The translations under genes and the position numbers were made by a program. Positions 30,580 to 47,610 of a DNA stretch of 64,000 nt are shown here, piece after piece. Source of the DNA: the human T2T-CHM13v2.0 reference genome, Homo sapiens. The notes beneath the pieces are model-generated. The model ran no database searches. It had not been told where the DNA came from and was given only the letters and a program-made list of their open reading frames with translations. Every line of letters begins with the position of its first letter. Positions within the stretch are counted from its first letter, which is position 1. Where the stretch lies: assembly GCF_009914755.1 (NCBI RefSeq), contig NC_060936.1. One strand, given 5' to 3'.

Positions 30580-31495
30580 GGTCTGGAGGATGAGTGGCGG
30601 TTCATTAAGCAAAGAAAGAGGGACAAGTGTCCCAGCCAGAACCAGTCTGTCCAAAGATGTGATCCACCGGAGGAGGCTCAGAGTGGCAGAGGAGGTAGAG
30701 TGCAGATGATGGGGAGAGGGAAGGGGGAAAGTGAGGCAGAGAAGAGGTGGACAAGTCAAAGTGGAGAGCTGAGGATTTATCCAGAGGACAGTGCCATGTG
30801 CAATGTCATGGCACCAATGATCACCCCTCACGAACCAAACCCACTGCATTTGAGTTGTAAACTTGTCTGTGTCTTCAACTGGACGATGAATTCCTGATGC
30901 TCAGGGACCATGTCTTGGTATCTTCCATATCCTCAAACCATCTGAGCCCCTGGCACAAAATTTACACCAATAAATATTTTACTGGCTTGACCTAAGGAAG
31001 CCAACACAAATGAGTCCCCCTAGCAGTTAACCCTCCCTGGCACCCAGCCTGCCTCTGGAGCCCAAACGTCAGGTTGACAATGCTTCCAAAGGATATCTCT
31101 AAAAGGAGATGCTGCCGAACCCAGAGATAAAGAACAAATGCAAAACTAAAAATATCCCTGCAGGTCTAAACAATAATTAAACCGTTGAAACTGATAAAAA
31201 ATCATCGGGTAAAGTGGAACTAAGCATGTTTAGATACTAGCAACAGAGATGTTCATGCTTAACATCGTTCCACCCCTAGTTACCAACCCTGTAGGGCAGT
31301 CTGATGCTGGGAGATAGGGTAGCAAATTCGAATTGTTCTGTTGATTATTCTTTCCACATGTCTTTATTGAGTGCATACTATGGAGCAGGTACTTTCTTTT
31401 GAGATGCTAGAAGCCTTGGTCAGCTTCTGGCCAATAGTATCTGGACCAGAACTCCCCTCCTGTATCTAGAGTAACTCCTCTCATACTGCAGCTGA

Positions 31496-31823
<328 letters not shown>

Positions 31824-33289
31824 AGAAACAAATATTTTTAAAGTATCTACTATGTGCCACGAACTATGCTAGACATTTTGCGAGTACCACCTCATTGTAA
31901 TTCTCACAGCAACACTGTGGGGTAGACTCTATTCTTCACAAAGTATATATGAGATTCTAGGGGTCTGTGTTTTACATGTTTTAAGCTACAAACCTCCTAA
32001 GTGAAAAAGCCAAAATTTGAACCCAGAGTTCCTCTTATTTCTCGATAAGGGAGAAGTGAGAAAAGTTCAACTTGAGCAAGAAAAAGAAGAAAACAGGAAA
32101 GGCTGTAGGGTAAGAATGGGACCAGGACATCTAGACCCCTCCGCCCCACATAGCAACATCCTGTGGGTAGAATGGGGGACTACACATAATAATCGCAAAA
32201 AATGCTCATGGGTTTCTAAAAGAAACAACAAAGTAAGATCCATGGTGTTTAAGGATAAAAATGGTTTCACCAAGGACTGAACTTAATAAATATTTACTGA
32301 GCCCTACCCTATGTCAATTGCTTTGCTGTCAGCATTCAATATCCAAGGAAAAAATAAAAATGACAATGATCATGATCACCCTTTTTTGGAAAGTGTACCG
32401 TGTGCCCAACACTATTCTAAATATTATATGTATATTACCTAATTCAACCCTTACAACGGCACTACAAGGTAGTTATTAATATTTTCTTGATTTCATGGAT
32501 GAAGGACAAGGTGGATGTAGCCCCTGACCCCAAGGGTCCCATAGTGGAATAGGGGAGATAAGGCAAGCAAGGAAACAGCCTCTGCATCATGTCAACGCAT
32601 TGAGCAAGGTGCCAAGTAGCACGACAACAGCAATCGGGTGAGGGCTTAGATCCTGATTCACTTATCAGAGCCTCTGTTTCCTCATCTGTAAAATGGGGAT
32701 AGTGTCACCCACCTCATAGGATTGTTTTGAGGGTCTAGTGATTTTATACTTAAAAAATACCCATCCCAGTTTTGGCTCTGGCCATGATAGAGCAAGCCCA
32801 CCAAAGCCTATCTTTCCCAAAAATTCTGGGAAAAAAAATGGAAAAGGCAACAACCTGAGGATTCCTACAAGTCAATGACAGCAGGTGGGTAGGGCAGGGG
32901 AGTCCACATCTGAAGCATGGCCATTATGGCGGTGGTGAGTTTCCTTCATCTGTCAGTTTTGGCCAAAAGTTGGCAGGATTTAGGAACTGTGCTTTGGAAA
33001 TGAGGAGTAAACACTTCAGAGTATCCCATATTTCTGGCCAGAGGACCAGGAAAGGAAGATCTGTGAGTAGGAGAGTATGGGCAGAATCCTTGGGGTTTTT
33101 ATGTGTGTGTGTCTTTTTTCTATCCCAGCCATGTCCCAAAATCAGCCCAGACACAAAACTGCACTCATATGACACAGAAACAGCACAGGCACCAAAGCCC
33201 CCAAAAGATATCCCATTCCTTTGGACTGAGAAGCTCAGAATAGAGGCCAATGTTATGTGAATAAGGTAAGGAAGAGTACATGAGAATTT

Positions 33290-33890
33290 TTTTTAATTTT
33301 TTAATAATTTTAACTTTTGTTACGGATTCATGGGTACATGTGCAGGTTTGTTACAGGGGTATATTGTGTGATGCTCAGGTTTGGGGTATGAATAATCCCC
33401 ATCACTCAGTGATATGGCTTGGCTGTGTCCCCACCCAAATCTCACCATGAATTGTCATAATCCCTACATGTCAAGGCCAGGGCCAGGTGGAGATGATTGA
33501 ATCATGGGGGCAGTTTCCCCCATACTGTGTCTCATGGTAGTGAGTAAGTCTCACGAGATCTGATGGTTTTATAAATGGGAGTTCCCCTGCACAAGCTCTC
33601 TTGCCTGCCACCATGTAAGACGTCCCTTTGCTCTTCCTTCCTCTTCTGCCATGATTGTGAGGCCTCCCCAGCCACGTGGAACAGTGAGTCCATTAAACCT
33701 CTTTCCTTTATAAACTACCCAGTCTCACGTATGTCTTTATTAGCAGCACGAGAACAGGCTAATACAGTCAGGTAATTAGCACAGTACCAAATAGGGAGTT
33801 GTTCAGCACTTGCTCCCTCCCACTCTCTCCCATCTAGTGGTCCCCAGTGTCTGCTATTTGCATCATCTTTAAGTCCATTGCACCCATGGG
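33290..33890 (-). mobile_element. L1PB 3' end interrupted by a THE1 solo LTR (33410-33766, +)
   Basis: gggtacatgtgcaggtttgttac; LTR TSD ctcag/gtcag. Confidence 0.85.
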
Positions 33891-34249
33891 TTTTTTTCTC
33901 TCTCTTTTCTCTCACCACTTTACCGCCAATGAGAAGGCCAGTCATTCAGATCTGTGCAACAAGACAAGAGGCTAAAACTCTAACAGAACCCTATCTTTTT
34001 GGCCAAAAGAACTGGAGAAAGAGGCCCCTGAAAGCCAGATAATGTGCAAGTTATCTCCAAAAGAAAAGAACTGGAGGAGAGCCCTAATCTGTGTGTGAAA
34101 TGCTGCCCACACTTGGAATAAACCCTAAGAAGCATGGCAAAGGCTTTAGGAACTCAACTGGCATTGGAGCACCACCTATAGAAGACAAGACAGCACCGAC
34201 AGTCTGACTCTAACCAGACTACTGACTGCTTAAGAAAAACAAAACAAGC

Positions 34250-35424
<1,175 letters not shown>

Positions 35425-35777
35425 TTTTTTTTTGCAGATAAATTTTGACATTTATTCCATTTTAACAACATTTAAGAAAGAAGTATATTTTTTCAATCGT
35501 ATTTTCCACTTTTTACTAAGCAGGCATTCAAGCTGTCCCACTCACTCATATATTACCCATGATACTAACATATTTTTTATTTTTTTTATTTTTTAAACTT
35601 TTATTTTAGGTTCAGTGGTACATGTGCAGATTTGATGTATAGGTAAACTTGTGTCATGGGAGTTTGTTGTACAGATTATTTCACCACCCAAGTACTAAGC
35701 TTAGTACTCAATAGTTCTTTTTTCTCATCCTCTCCCTCCTCCCACCCTCCACCCTTAAGCAGACCCTAGTATCTATT
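35425..35777 (-). mobile_element. 5'-truncated L1PA 3' end carrying a ~140-bp 3' transduction
   Basis: L1 3' UTR, A-tail, unique segment with AATAAA, second A-tail; TSD tagaac(aac)atcttt. Confidence 0.8.
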
Positions 35778-35793
35778 TAGAACAACATCTTTT

Positions 35794-36303
<510 letters not shown>

Positions 36304-36462
36304 TTATGTATATCAGCTCTCAGCTCAAACATCAAGCTTCCTTCCTAGACCATCTCATCTGAATTTGTCCCTACCCCACTACTCTCTGCCACTGCCTGTC
36401 CACTCAGCACAAGTTTAAAGTGTGTATTTATGTGTTTATATGATCATTGCTCTTCTCCCTTA

Positions 36463-37020
<558 letters not shown>

Positions 37021-37725
37021 TCACCAAAGCAGACTAACCAGAAAGACTGTGTGATCTCCCCCAGATCTTTATTAACAGGATGAACTGCCATCTGTCTCAG
37101 ATAGATGAAGTAGAGATAAACTACACCACACCAGAAAATTCTTGAGATACCTTTCAACTCAATAATAAACATTTGCTCTTTGTAATCACTCTTTGAAACT
37201 GTACGTGGGAAATAAGCAATTTTAAAGAAGCAATTTCTAAATACTTCACTAGCTAAAAAAGTCAGACCATGTCTATGGGATGGGAACCAGAAAGGAGAAG
37301 TCTTGGAAAGAGATGGAGAATGAACAGCTGTCTTCCTGCTGCTGTCAGGCAGAAGGTGAATTAGACTTGTTCTAGGAGGTTCCAGGACTCAGAGGTAAAA
37401 CCAAGAGGAAATTAAAGGAAAACAGATTTAGCTTACTGTAAGGCAAATGCTAATAGTTACCAAGATCTCCTCTGAAACAAAAGAAATGAATGACTTCATA
37501 AGGTCAGCAACTCCCTGTATCTAGAAGACTTGGAGGAAAGGCTGAATAACCAGAAATTTACAGAAGGTAACTTCAAATTGTCCACTTGCTGGGAGATTGG
37601 ACTAGATCTGTGTTTTCCAAACTGTACCATGGGATATGAGTCCTGAAAGGAAATCTGAAAAAGACTGCATGCTATAACCCTCCCCTGGAGATTAAAAAAG
37701 CACATTAGCATATTATAAGCTTTGA

Positions 37726-38100
<375 letters not shown>

Positions 38101-39381
38101 TAGAAGACAAAGCTGATCTTCTCAAGTTGAATATTCTATGATTCTCTCTCCATTAAAAAGGAAGCTCTAGGCTAGTGGATCTCAAACTTGAGCATGTATC
38201 TGAATTCCCTGGAGAGCTTATTAAAACAACGTTAGGCTCCACCCCTAAGTTTCCCATACCTGGGATCTGGGGTGAAGTCTGAAATTTTGCATTTGCAACA
38301 AGTTCTCAGGGGTTGCTGTTGCTGCTGGTCCAGTGATCTCACTTTGCAATTTGTCTAGACTTGGAGATTAAGAACGTTCAGGGTTTGAAAAACTTGAAGT
38401 TGCTAAACTTCGTACATCTCACTGCAAATTAGTCTCCAAGCACCTATAATTCTGACCTTTTCTTCTCACTCCGTAAAATGGTAGGTGGATGCCTTCTGTA
38501 AGGCAAAAGAGAAATCTGATCCTTAATGAAGTAGATACAGTCTGCAAAGCCCTCTCCTGTCAGTAATTGTGACCAGAGAAGACCCAGGTGGCGTTATTAG
38601 GGGAGGCTGCATGGAGCCAGCCTTGCTCAGACCTTTCAGATTCGAATTCAGGCACATACTTACTTTTCCCCCAGGCATCCTCTGAGATGCTTCCACCTCT
38701 GTTGCCTCATGTATCCACCAGGGAAAACTTACTAGGCAGCTACCACGATTCCCTTTTAACTGGTGGCAAAACTGAGGCTCAGAGAAGCAAAGGATGTTGG
38801 CCAAGGTCACACGGTAGAAAGAAACAGAGCTGGGGTTTGAACCCAGATCATTTAAGCCCACGTTTGGATCTTTTTCTTAATATGACTCTTCCTGCCACCT
38901 TGCATGCTGGCCTCTTTCCTATCCTTCAGTCCCTCCCTATCCCTCACATTGGTCAAAACGTAATGCTTGAGGGAAGCCCCTCCCCTCCACCAATTCCTCC
39001 TATAAGCAATTCTATTTAGTTGCACAAAGCACTACTGAGTGTCAGGTACCTGGAGATACAGCAGGGAACAAAACAGACAAGGTCCCCATCCCTGCTGAGT
39101 ACACAGCAAAATTAGGTAAACAGACAACTCATAAAGCCTGCAAAGTATTGTCCACACACACACACACAGCATGTCTTGCTGGTCAGAAGGGTTTCTGGGA
39201 GGAGATGACGTTTTTGCTAAATCTTAGAGGTATCTGGAGGAAGACACGCTGGACCCTAGACCAATGCCCTGGGCTGACGCTTCCACCGTCACACCTGGAC
39301 CCCTGCCAAGGTCCCAAGCTTCCCCAACTCCATACATAGCACTGCCTTCCACTCCACTGCATGGGACCAAAACATAAGAGT

Positions 39382-40011
39382 TGTGAGCCCAAATATCTGA
39401 GACAGGTCTCAACCAATTTAGAAAGTGTATTTTGCCAAGGTTAAGGACGTGCCTGTGACACAGCCTCAGGAGGTCCTGATGACATGTGCCCAAGGTGGTC
39501 AGGATACAGATTTTGCTTTTATGTATTTCAGGGAGGCAGGAGACATCAATCAGCATGTGTAAGAGGTACATTGGCTCAGTCCAGAAAGGTGGGACAACTA
39601 GAGGCAAGGGGCAGGTAGATGACAGACAAAAGGTTGCATTCTTTTGAGTTCTTGATCAGCCTTCCACTAAATACACAATTCAGTCTGGCTCCGTGAATCT
39701 GCATTTTTACCTAAACAATAGGGCAGAGGAAGCAATCAGATATGCATTTGTCTCAAGCAAGCAGAGGGATGACTTTCTGTCCCGCACCTGTGAATATCAG
39801 CTACCCATTTACATTGCCAGGGTGAAATTCAACAGAACTGTTTTAGGGGAAAGATCTTGTGGGCCACAAGGAACAAACTGTGAGAGAAGTATGTCGCTTT
39901 TTAATCTTTGTAGCTATCTTATTTTGGAATAAAATGGCAGGCAGGTTTGCCAGCTTGACTTTTGCCTTAGCTTAGTGCTTCTGGTAGCCCATGGTTTATT
40001 TTCCCTTCACG
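39382..40011 (-). mobile_element. MER4A-like ERV1 solo LTR
   Basis: Reverse-complement homology to the 20370-20819 LTR (cctcaggaggtcctgatgacatgtg); 4-bp TSD gagt. Confidence 0.88.
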
Positions 40012-41314
40012 GAGTCATCCTTGATAAATCTCCTTCCTCCCACCCCACAGTAAGACCCATCCACACTACCTCTGTGCACATTCCTGGAATCCATCTATTC
40101 TGTCCATCAGCACTGCTGTGACCCAGTCCCAAATACCCTCACCTCACACCTGGACAACTGCAGCAGCCTCCCAACTGGTCTCTCTGACTCCCCTCTAGCT
40201 CCTCTCTAACCCATTTGACTAGAACAATGGATGTTTTGCAATCATGTATCAGACCTTCACTCCCCTCCTATCAACCTTAATGGCTCCCTATTCCCTTAGA
40301 ATCCAAATTCTTGCTAATTGCCTACAATTCTCTCCCTAATCAGAGCATAGCCCACATCTCTCCCACCTCACCCACCTCTACCCTTCCCCAACTCTCATCT
40401 CCTGCCACACTGATCTTCCTTCTTTCCTTTATGCCCACCAGCTCACCCCAGGGCCTTGTCACTTGTTGCTTCCTATCTGCAAAGCTCTTCCTCCAGATCC
40501 TTCAGGAGCTTGCTTCCTGTCACACCGATCCTTAGCCTACATGTCACCTTCTCAAAGAAGCCTCCCTTGACCTCCCAGTCACTCCCGATTATATCAAAGA
40601 TGTATTCTTTTTCACAGCCCTGAGTCATTCTCTGATATTTTCCAGTTTATTCATTTACTATCTGTCTCCCCCAACTGGAATATAAGCTTCTTAAAAGCAG
40701 AAACTTTGTCTATCTTGTTTATTGCCTAGAATGGAGTTTGTTACATTATAATGGATCCTCGAATATTTACTGAGTGAATGAATGAATGGCAAAAAAATAA
40801 AAATAAAAATAGCTCAGTGTGATTGGAACAACCAGTCTGTGGAAATGACACTGAGGGGTTTTCAGCCAAGGAGTGACATGATGAGAGGTGCTTTCTAGAA
40901 AGGTCACTCTGGCTGCTGGAGGAGGTGGGAGGGGAGCAGAGGCATATACCAACTTGAAGGACATTTGAATGGGACATGGTGATGAGTGAGACACACAGGA
41001 GGCTGAGGAACGGAGGCATCAGCGATCAAAAACTCCACTGCAGTTCATCCTACACTGCCCAGATCCATGGATTGTGTTGCAACCGATATCAACATTTTAA
41101 TTCACCAACTAAACGTACTCTGTGTATTTTAGAACCAGAAACTTCTCTTCTACTTCTCTCCCCATATTTCTCTCTACTCCCAAAAAACAGATTGCACAGC
41201 ACTATGCCCACAATGAGTGCCCACTGCATAAATACATGGAGCTTCTAGAAGGTGAAAGATCTGACATTCCCTCTGTAAGATGCAAAGGGAGCAATGATAA
41301 AGCATTGCGGTTTT

Positions 41315-41636
41315 GGCCAAGCGCAGTGGCTCATGCCTGTAATCCCAGCACTTTGAGAGGCTGAGGCAGGTAGATCGCTTGAGCTCAGGAGTTTTGAGAC
41401 TAGCCCGGACAACATGGTGAGACACAGTCTCTACAAAAAAAAAAATAAATAAAAATTATCTGGGCATGGTGGTGTGTGCCTGTCCTGTAGTCCAGCTACT
41501 CGAGGGGGCTGAGGCAGGAGGATTGCTTAAGCCCGGGAGGTCGAGGCTGCAGTGAGCTGAGATCGTGCCATTGCACTCCAGCCTGGTTGACAGAGTGAGA
41601 CACTGTCTTTAAAAAAAAAAAGAAGAAGAAGAAGAA
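41315..41636 (+). mobile_element. AluJ with a short (GAA)n tail
   Basis: gaggtcgaggctgcagtgag diagnostic. Confidence 0.9.
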
Positions 41637-42119
41637 TTGCAGTTCTGGAGTCAGACAGACCTGCTTACGCTACATGCAACACCTGGGCACGCTGGTTAGC
41701 TTTTGGGCCTCAACATCTTCATCTGTGAAACAGGGATATTGGGAGCCTCTATCTCAGAGGATTCTCGCAAAATTACAAGGGATCCTACATGCAAAGTGTT
41801 CAGCACTGTGCCAGGCACAGAGTAAGCCCACAAGGGCTATTATTAGGAACCTCAGTCACTTAAATCAAATCAGCAGCCTCTCCCAGCCCCGCGGCCCCTG
41901 CCCTCTGCCTCTGTCCCTGTGTCTGAATCATCCTACTCCCTTTCCCTGTCTTGACTGCTGGTTGGCTGCTATTTCTCCAGACCTGGGATATGTCATAATG
42001 TGATTGATGCACCCAATCATAAAAATAACCAGTTATTTTGATGTGGGGTGCGTCATCCCTAAAAATAACTGAGAACTGTGGAAGTGAAGACACCAAGGCA
42101 AATATTGGTTTGCATTGTG

Positions 42120-44038
42120 TGCACACACACCAACATGCACACACACACAACATGCAGACCCTCACACCAACATGCACACACCCTCACACCAACATGCACA
42201 CACGCTCACACCAACGTGCACACACAACATGCACACACTCTCACACCAACATGCACGCACACACACCAACAGTACGCACTCTCACATCAACATGCACACA
42301 CGCTCACATCAACATGCACACACACCAACAGGCACACACTCTCACACCAACATGCACACTCACACCAACGTGCACACAAACATGCACACACACACTAACA
42401 TGCATATACCAATATGCACGCACACCAACATGTACACACACCAATGTGCACACATACACACCAACATGCACACACCCTCACACCAACATGCACACACACC
42501 AACCTGCACACACCCTCACACCAACATGCACACACGCCAACATGCAACATACCATACACACAACATGCACACACCCTCACACCAACATGCACACATACAC
42601 ACCAGCATGCACACACCCTCACACCAACATGCACACACACCACTGTGCACCCATACCAACATGCACACATACACACCAAAATGCACACACACCAACATGC
42701 ACACTCAAACCAACATGCACACATACACCAACATGCACACTCACATCAACATGCACACACCCTTACACCAATATGCACACATACACCAACGTGCACTCAC
42801 GCCAACATGCACACTCACACCAACATGCACACACCTTTACACCAATATGCACACATACACCAACATGCACACTCACACCAACATGCACACTTATCCCATG
42901 CACATATACACCAATATGCACACATACAACATGCACACACCAACATGCACACATACAACATGCACACACCATGCACACTCACACCAGCATGCACTCATAC
43001 CATGCACATATACACCAACATGCACACATGCAACATGCACACACCAACATGCACACATGCAACATGCACACACCAACATGCACACTCACACCAACATGCA
43101 CACACTCATACCATGCGCATATACACCAATATGCACACATACAACATGCACACACCAACATGCACACTCACACCAACATGCACACACACCATGCACACAT
43201 ACACCAACATGCGCACACACCAACATGCACACACACCATGCACACATACACCAACATGCACACACACCAACATGCACACTCACACCAACATGCACACACC
43301 AACATGCACACTCGTACCAACATGCACACATACACCAACATGCACACTCACACCAACATGCACACTCACACCAACATGCACACTCACACCAACATGCACA
43401 CACCCCAACATGCACACATACACCAACATGCGCACACACCAACATGCACACACACCATGCACACATACACCAACATGCACACACACCAACATGCACACTC
43501 ACACCAACATGCACACATACACCAACATGCACACACACCAACATGCACTCACACACCAACATGCACACACACCAACATGCACTCACACCAACATGCACAC
43601 TCACACCAACAGGCACACACACCAACATGCACACTCACACCAACATGCACACTCACACCAACATGCACACACATGCACATACAACATGCACACTCACACC
43701 AACATGCACACACACCAACATGCACACTCACACCAACATGCACACTCACACCAACATGCACACACAACATGCACACACACCAACATGCACACACAACATG
43801 CACACTCAACCAACATGCACACACACCAACATGCACACATACATCAACATGCACACTCACACCAACATGCACACATACACCATACACACACACACCAATA
43901 TGCACACTCAAAACACTCACACCAATATGCACACACTCATACCAACAGGCACACACACACCAACATGCACACATACACACCAATATGCACACACTTATAC
44001 CAACATGCATACACACACCCAACGTGCACACACACACA
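42120..44038. repeat. VNTR, ~1.9 kb, 14-22-bp unit ccaacatgcacac(t/a)caca
   Basis: Direct inspection; reads GUGUGUGCAUGUUGG on the KSR2-transcribed strand. Confidence 0.96.
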
Positions 44039-44891
44039 GAATAGTCACTTTAAATAGGACGGGGAAATATACCAACTTTAATCAAGGGGGAGAAAAGCCT
44101 CGCTACGACCCATCACTCTTAGCCAGTTGATGATAGTGACAGCTGATTAGAGGGCTCTTGTCCAGAGGCGGCCCAGCAAGGGACAGAAAGAGACAGCCTA
44201 ACTACAGTATCAGAGAACACTGCTAATGGTTTTCCCCAAGCTGCAGCAAAGTGATTGACTTCCAGCCCCAGTAACTTCCAGGACTTCATTTGCCACAAGA
44301 GTGCCCCTAATTCTAAGTTGGTGTCATGCTTCTTTCCTTTAGCAGAGAAATGCCCCCAAGACATATCATTCTGACTTGCACGGCAAAGGACACCGACTCA
44401 TCATTCTTCCAGCCTCTGGAAACGGGTCCCTTGCTGTTGACAGTGCCTCGGAAGAAATTCATTCTTTATTTCTGGGACCATTTTCTTCTTCCCTGTACAC
44501 TTCAGGGATGATGGGCACAAGGTTTGAAAAACCTCCAGACTTTTTAGAAATAGACGAAATCCAACTTGTCAATGGTGTCACCTTCCTGGCGACATCATCT
44601 TTGCCTCCTCCTGGCAGATACTACCTCAGCCTTCTGGAAGATGATGCCACCTTTTCACACGGAGCTCAGCATGCCAAGTGGAACAGACTGGAATGCCAGA
44701 AGAGCACAAGATTCAGAGAAATGGCTCAGGATTGTCAGGACACCAAGACCCTCTGGAAAGGACCCAGAATCTTCACAGATGTCCCCAGCTCCCAGAGAAT
44801 GACATTTGCCTCCAAGATGCAGGAAAGAGGTTGCGACAGCTTCCTGGCAAGAATTCAGAGTGAGTGAAGGTTGGAGACAGAAGCCTGTGGT

Positions 44892-45495
44892 TTTTATTTA
44901 TTTATTGAGACAGGGTCTTGCTCTGTTGCCCAGGCTGGAATGCAGTGGTACAATCATAGCTTACTGCAGCCTTGAACTCTCAGGCTCAAGCAATCCTCCC
45001 GCCTCAACCTCCCGAGTAGGTGAGGCTACAGGTGTATGCCATCAATTTTTTGTAGAGACAGGGTCTCACTATGTTACCCAGACTGGTCTCAAACTCCTGG
45101 GCTCAAGTGATCCTCCTGCCTCAGCCTCCCAAAGCGCCAGGACTACAGACATGAGCCGCCACATCTGGCCAAAGCCTGTGTTGTTGTTATTGTTGTTGTT
45201 TTGAGACAGGGTCTCTCACTCTGTCACCCAGGCTGAAGTGCAGTGGTATGAACACAGCTCATTGCAGCCTTAACCATCTGGGCTCAAATGATCCTCCAAC
45301 CTCGGACTCCTGTGTAGCTGGGACCACAGGTATGTGCCACCATGCCTAGCTAATTTTTTAATTTTTTTGTAGAGATGGGGGAGTCTCACTAGCTTCCCCA
45401 TGCTGGCCTTGGAGCTCCTGGACTCAAGCAGTCCTCCTGCCACGGCTTCCAAGGTGCTGGGATTAAAGGCGGAAGCCACCATGCCCAGCTGGCCT
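44892..45495 (-). mobile_element. Two tandem AluJ elements
   Basis: First has TSD aagcctgtg; second has a (TTG)n tail. Confidence 0.88.
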
Positions 45496-46334
45496 GCATT
45501 TAAATACAAGCATTGTCTCTTACTAGTTAGGCCTCTGTGAGCAAGTGCATGTGTGAGCCTCAGTCTCCTAGTGTGTAAATTGGGGAGAATAATACCTGCC
45601 TAGTAAGGTGATGGTGAGGACTAAACGAAATGATCTCAGGAAATTACATCCCAGGCATAAGGTAAAAAAACAAGTTGTCATTACCATCAGCATCACGTTA
45701 GACAAACGTGGAAGGGATATAAGCTGCCCTATAAATTTCCAAACCCATGCTACATTCGTGGAAGCTCCCAGTGATATTTTACACCCAAAGGAATCTCATC
45801 GTGTTGGGCGAAGACTGCGGACTTCACAGTCAAACAGGTCTAAGTTCAAATCCCAGCCCTGCCCTTACCAGGCATGTACCCTTGATTTCCCCAAGGCTCA
45901 GTTTCCTCAGCTGTGAAATGAATGTGGAGTTTCCAGAGTAGAGGGGATGATAAACGTGCCAGGAAGGGCTCACAAGATGCAACTTACCTCTGCTTCCCCT
46001 TAACAAGGTGGCTTAAGGAAAACAAGAGACACTATGGCTCAATTAACCCCGTAGATCTCCAGCTCAACCCATATGTTGATAGAACCCCCATGGCATTCAG
46101 TCCCAGACCTGCTGCCCAGCCTCCAAAATGCCCAGCAACTCCACAGCCAAGGAGGCCAGCCCAAAGTTTCTTAATTCCCCTGATCACTCATTTAACAAGC
46201 ATTCACCAAGTGCCTACTGAGTGCCGAGCTTTGAATTGGAGCCTGGGAACACAACAAAGAACAAAGCCAACCCAGCCCCTGATCCCCAGAGCTCACCATG
46301 CGGATGGGGAAGAGATCATCACACAAAGACTGGG

Positions 46335-46912
46335 TTAGGGCTCCTCAAAAAAGTGAAACATAGAATGACCACAGGACAGCAATTCCACTTCTAGGCATAT
46401 ACCCCACATTAAAAACAGGTGCTCAAACAAATCTTGGTATGCAAATGTTCACAGCAGCCCTATTCACAATAGCCAAAAGGTGGAAACAATCACCATGTCC
46501 ATCAACAGAGGAATGGATAATAAAATGTGACCTATCCATACAATGGAATATTATTCAGCCATAAAAAGGAATAAAGTACTGATACATGCCATAGTTGGGT
46601 TAATCTTGAATATATTTTGATAAGTGAAAGAAGCCAGATGCAAAGTGTCACATCTTACAGGATTCCACTTACAGGAAATGTCCAGAACAGGTAAATCCAT
46701 TAAGACAGAAAGTAGAAGGGTAGTTGCCAGAGACTGTGGGAAGGAGGGAATGAGGAGCGACTGTTTAATGGCTACGGGGTTTCTATTTGGTGTGATGACA
46801 ATACTTTGGAACTAGACAGAGGCATAATGGCACAACACTGTGAATGTACTCAATGCTACCGAATTGTTCACTTTAAAACGATTAATTTTATATTATATAA
46901 ATTTCACCTCAA
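46335..46912 (+). mobile_element. L1MB 3' fragment
   Basis: cagcaattccacttctagg...gaattgttcactttaaaa. Confidence 0.85.
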
Positions 46913-47210
46913 TTTTTTTTTTTTTGACATAGGGTCCTGCTCTGTTACCCAGGCTAGAGTGCAGTGGCGCAATCATGGACTCAAACCATCCTGGGCTCAA
47001 ACCATCCTGGGCTCAAACCATCCTTCCACCTCAGCCTCCCAAGTAGCTGGGACCACAGGTGCGCACAATCATGCCTGGCTAATTGTTTTTCTTATAGACA
47101 GGGTCTCACTATGTTTCATAGTCTGGAAGTGAACTCTGGGGCTCAAGCAATCCTCCTGCCTCAGCCTCCCAAAGTGCGAGGATTACAGACATGAACCACC
47201 ACACCCAGCC
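46913..47210 (-). mobile_element. AluJ with an internal 16-bp triplication
   Basis: (gggctcaaaccatcct)x3 at 46977-47024. Confidence 0.87.
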
Positions 47211-47610
47211 TGTCGCTTTGATATTTTAAAAAGACTGGATGATGTAGAACAGGGGTAAATGCCTTGACCGGAAAGTGTGAAGTGCTGTGGGCAGCATGGG
47301 GGCCCTGATCCCGTGTCACTGACCAGATTGACTAGCTATCTCAAAAGCTAATTTTTTTTCTTCTCACCTTTGAAGCATCAAATGGGATCTTCCTACAGCC
47401 CATGCCTGAAGACTGCATTCCTAAGAAAGCAAAGGCACCAGGGGTGGGGCTACCTGTCCTGAAGGGAAAAGTGGAGAAGAAGCTGCCCTGCCTGGTGCCA
47501 GCTACTCAGTCTCTCATATCCGCGCTTCTGCCTGGACTGGTTCCTGTTCCAGCTGCAGGCTAATCAAGTCTTGAGAGGAGGCTCTAAGAAGTTCCTAAAG
47601 AAACAGAGGA

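Noticed and set aside
41611-41636. Alu-tail GAA repeat (FXN-like)
   Set aside because: Only about 5 units; common and stable.
42038-44130. 547-671 aa His/Thr-rich ORFs in three frames
   Set aside because: CA-rich repeat that lacks stop codons; low-complexity translation artefact.
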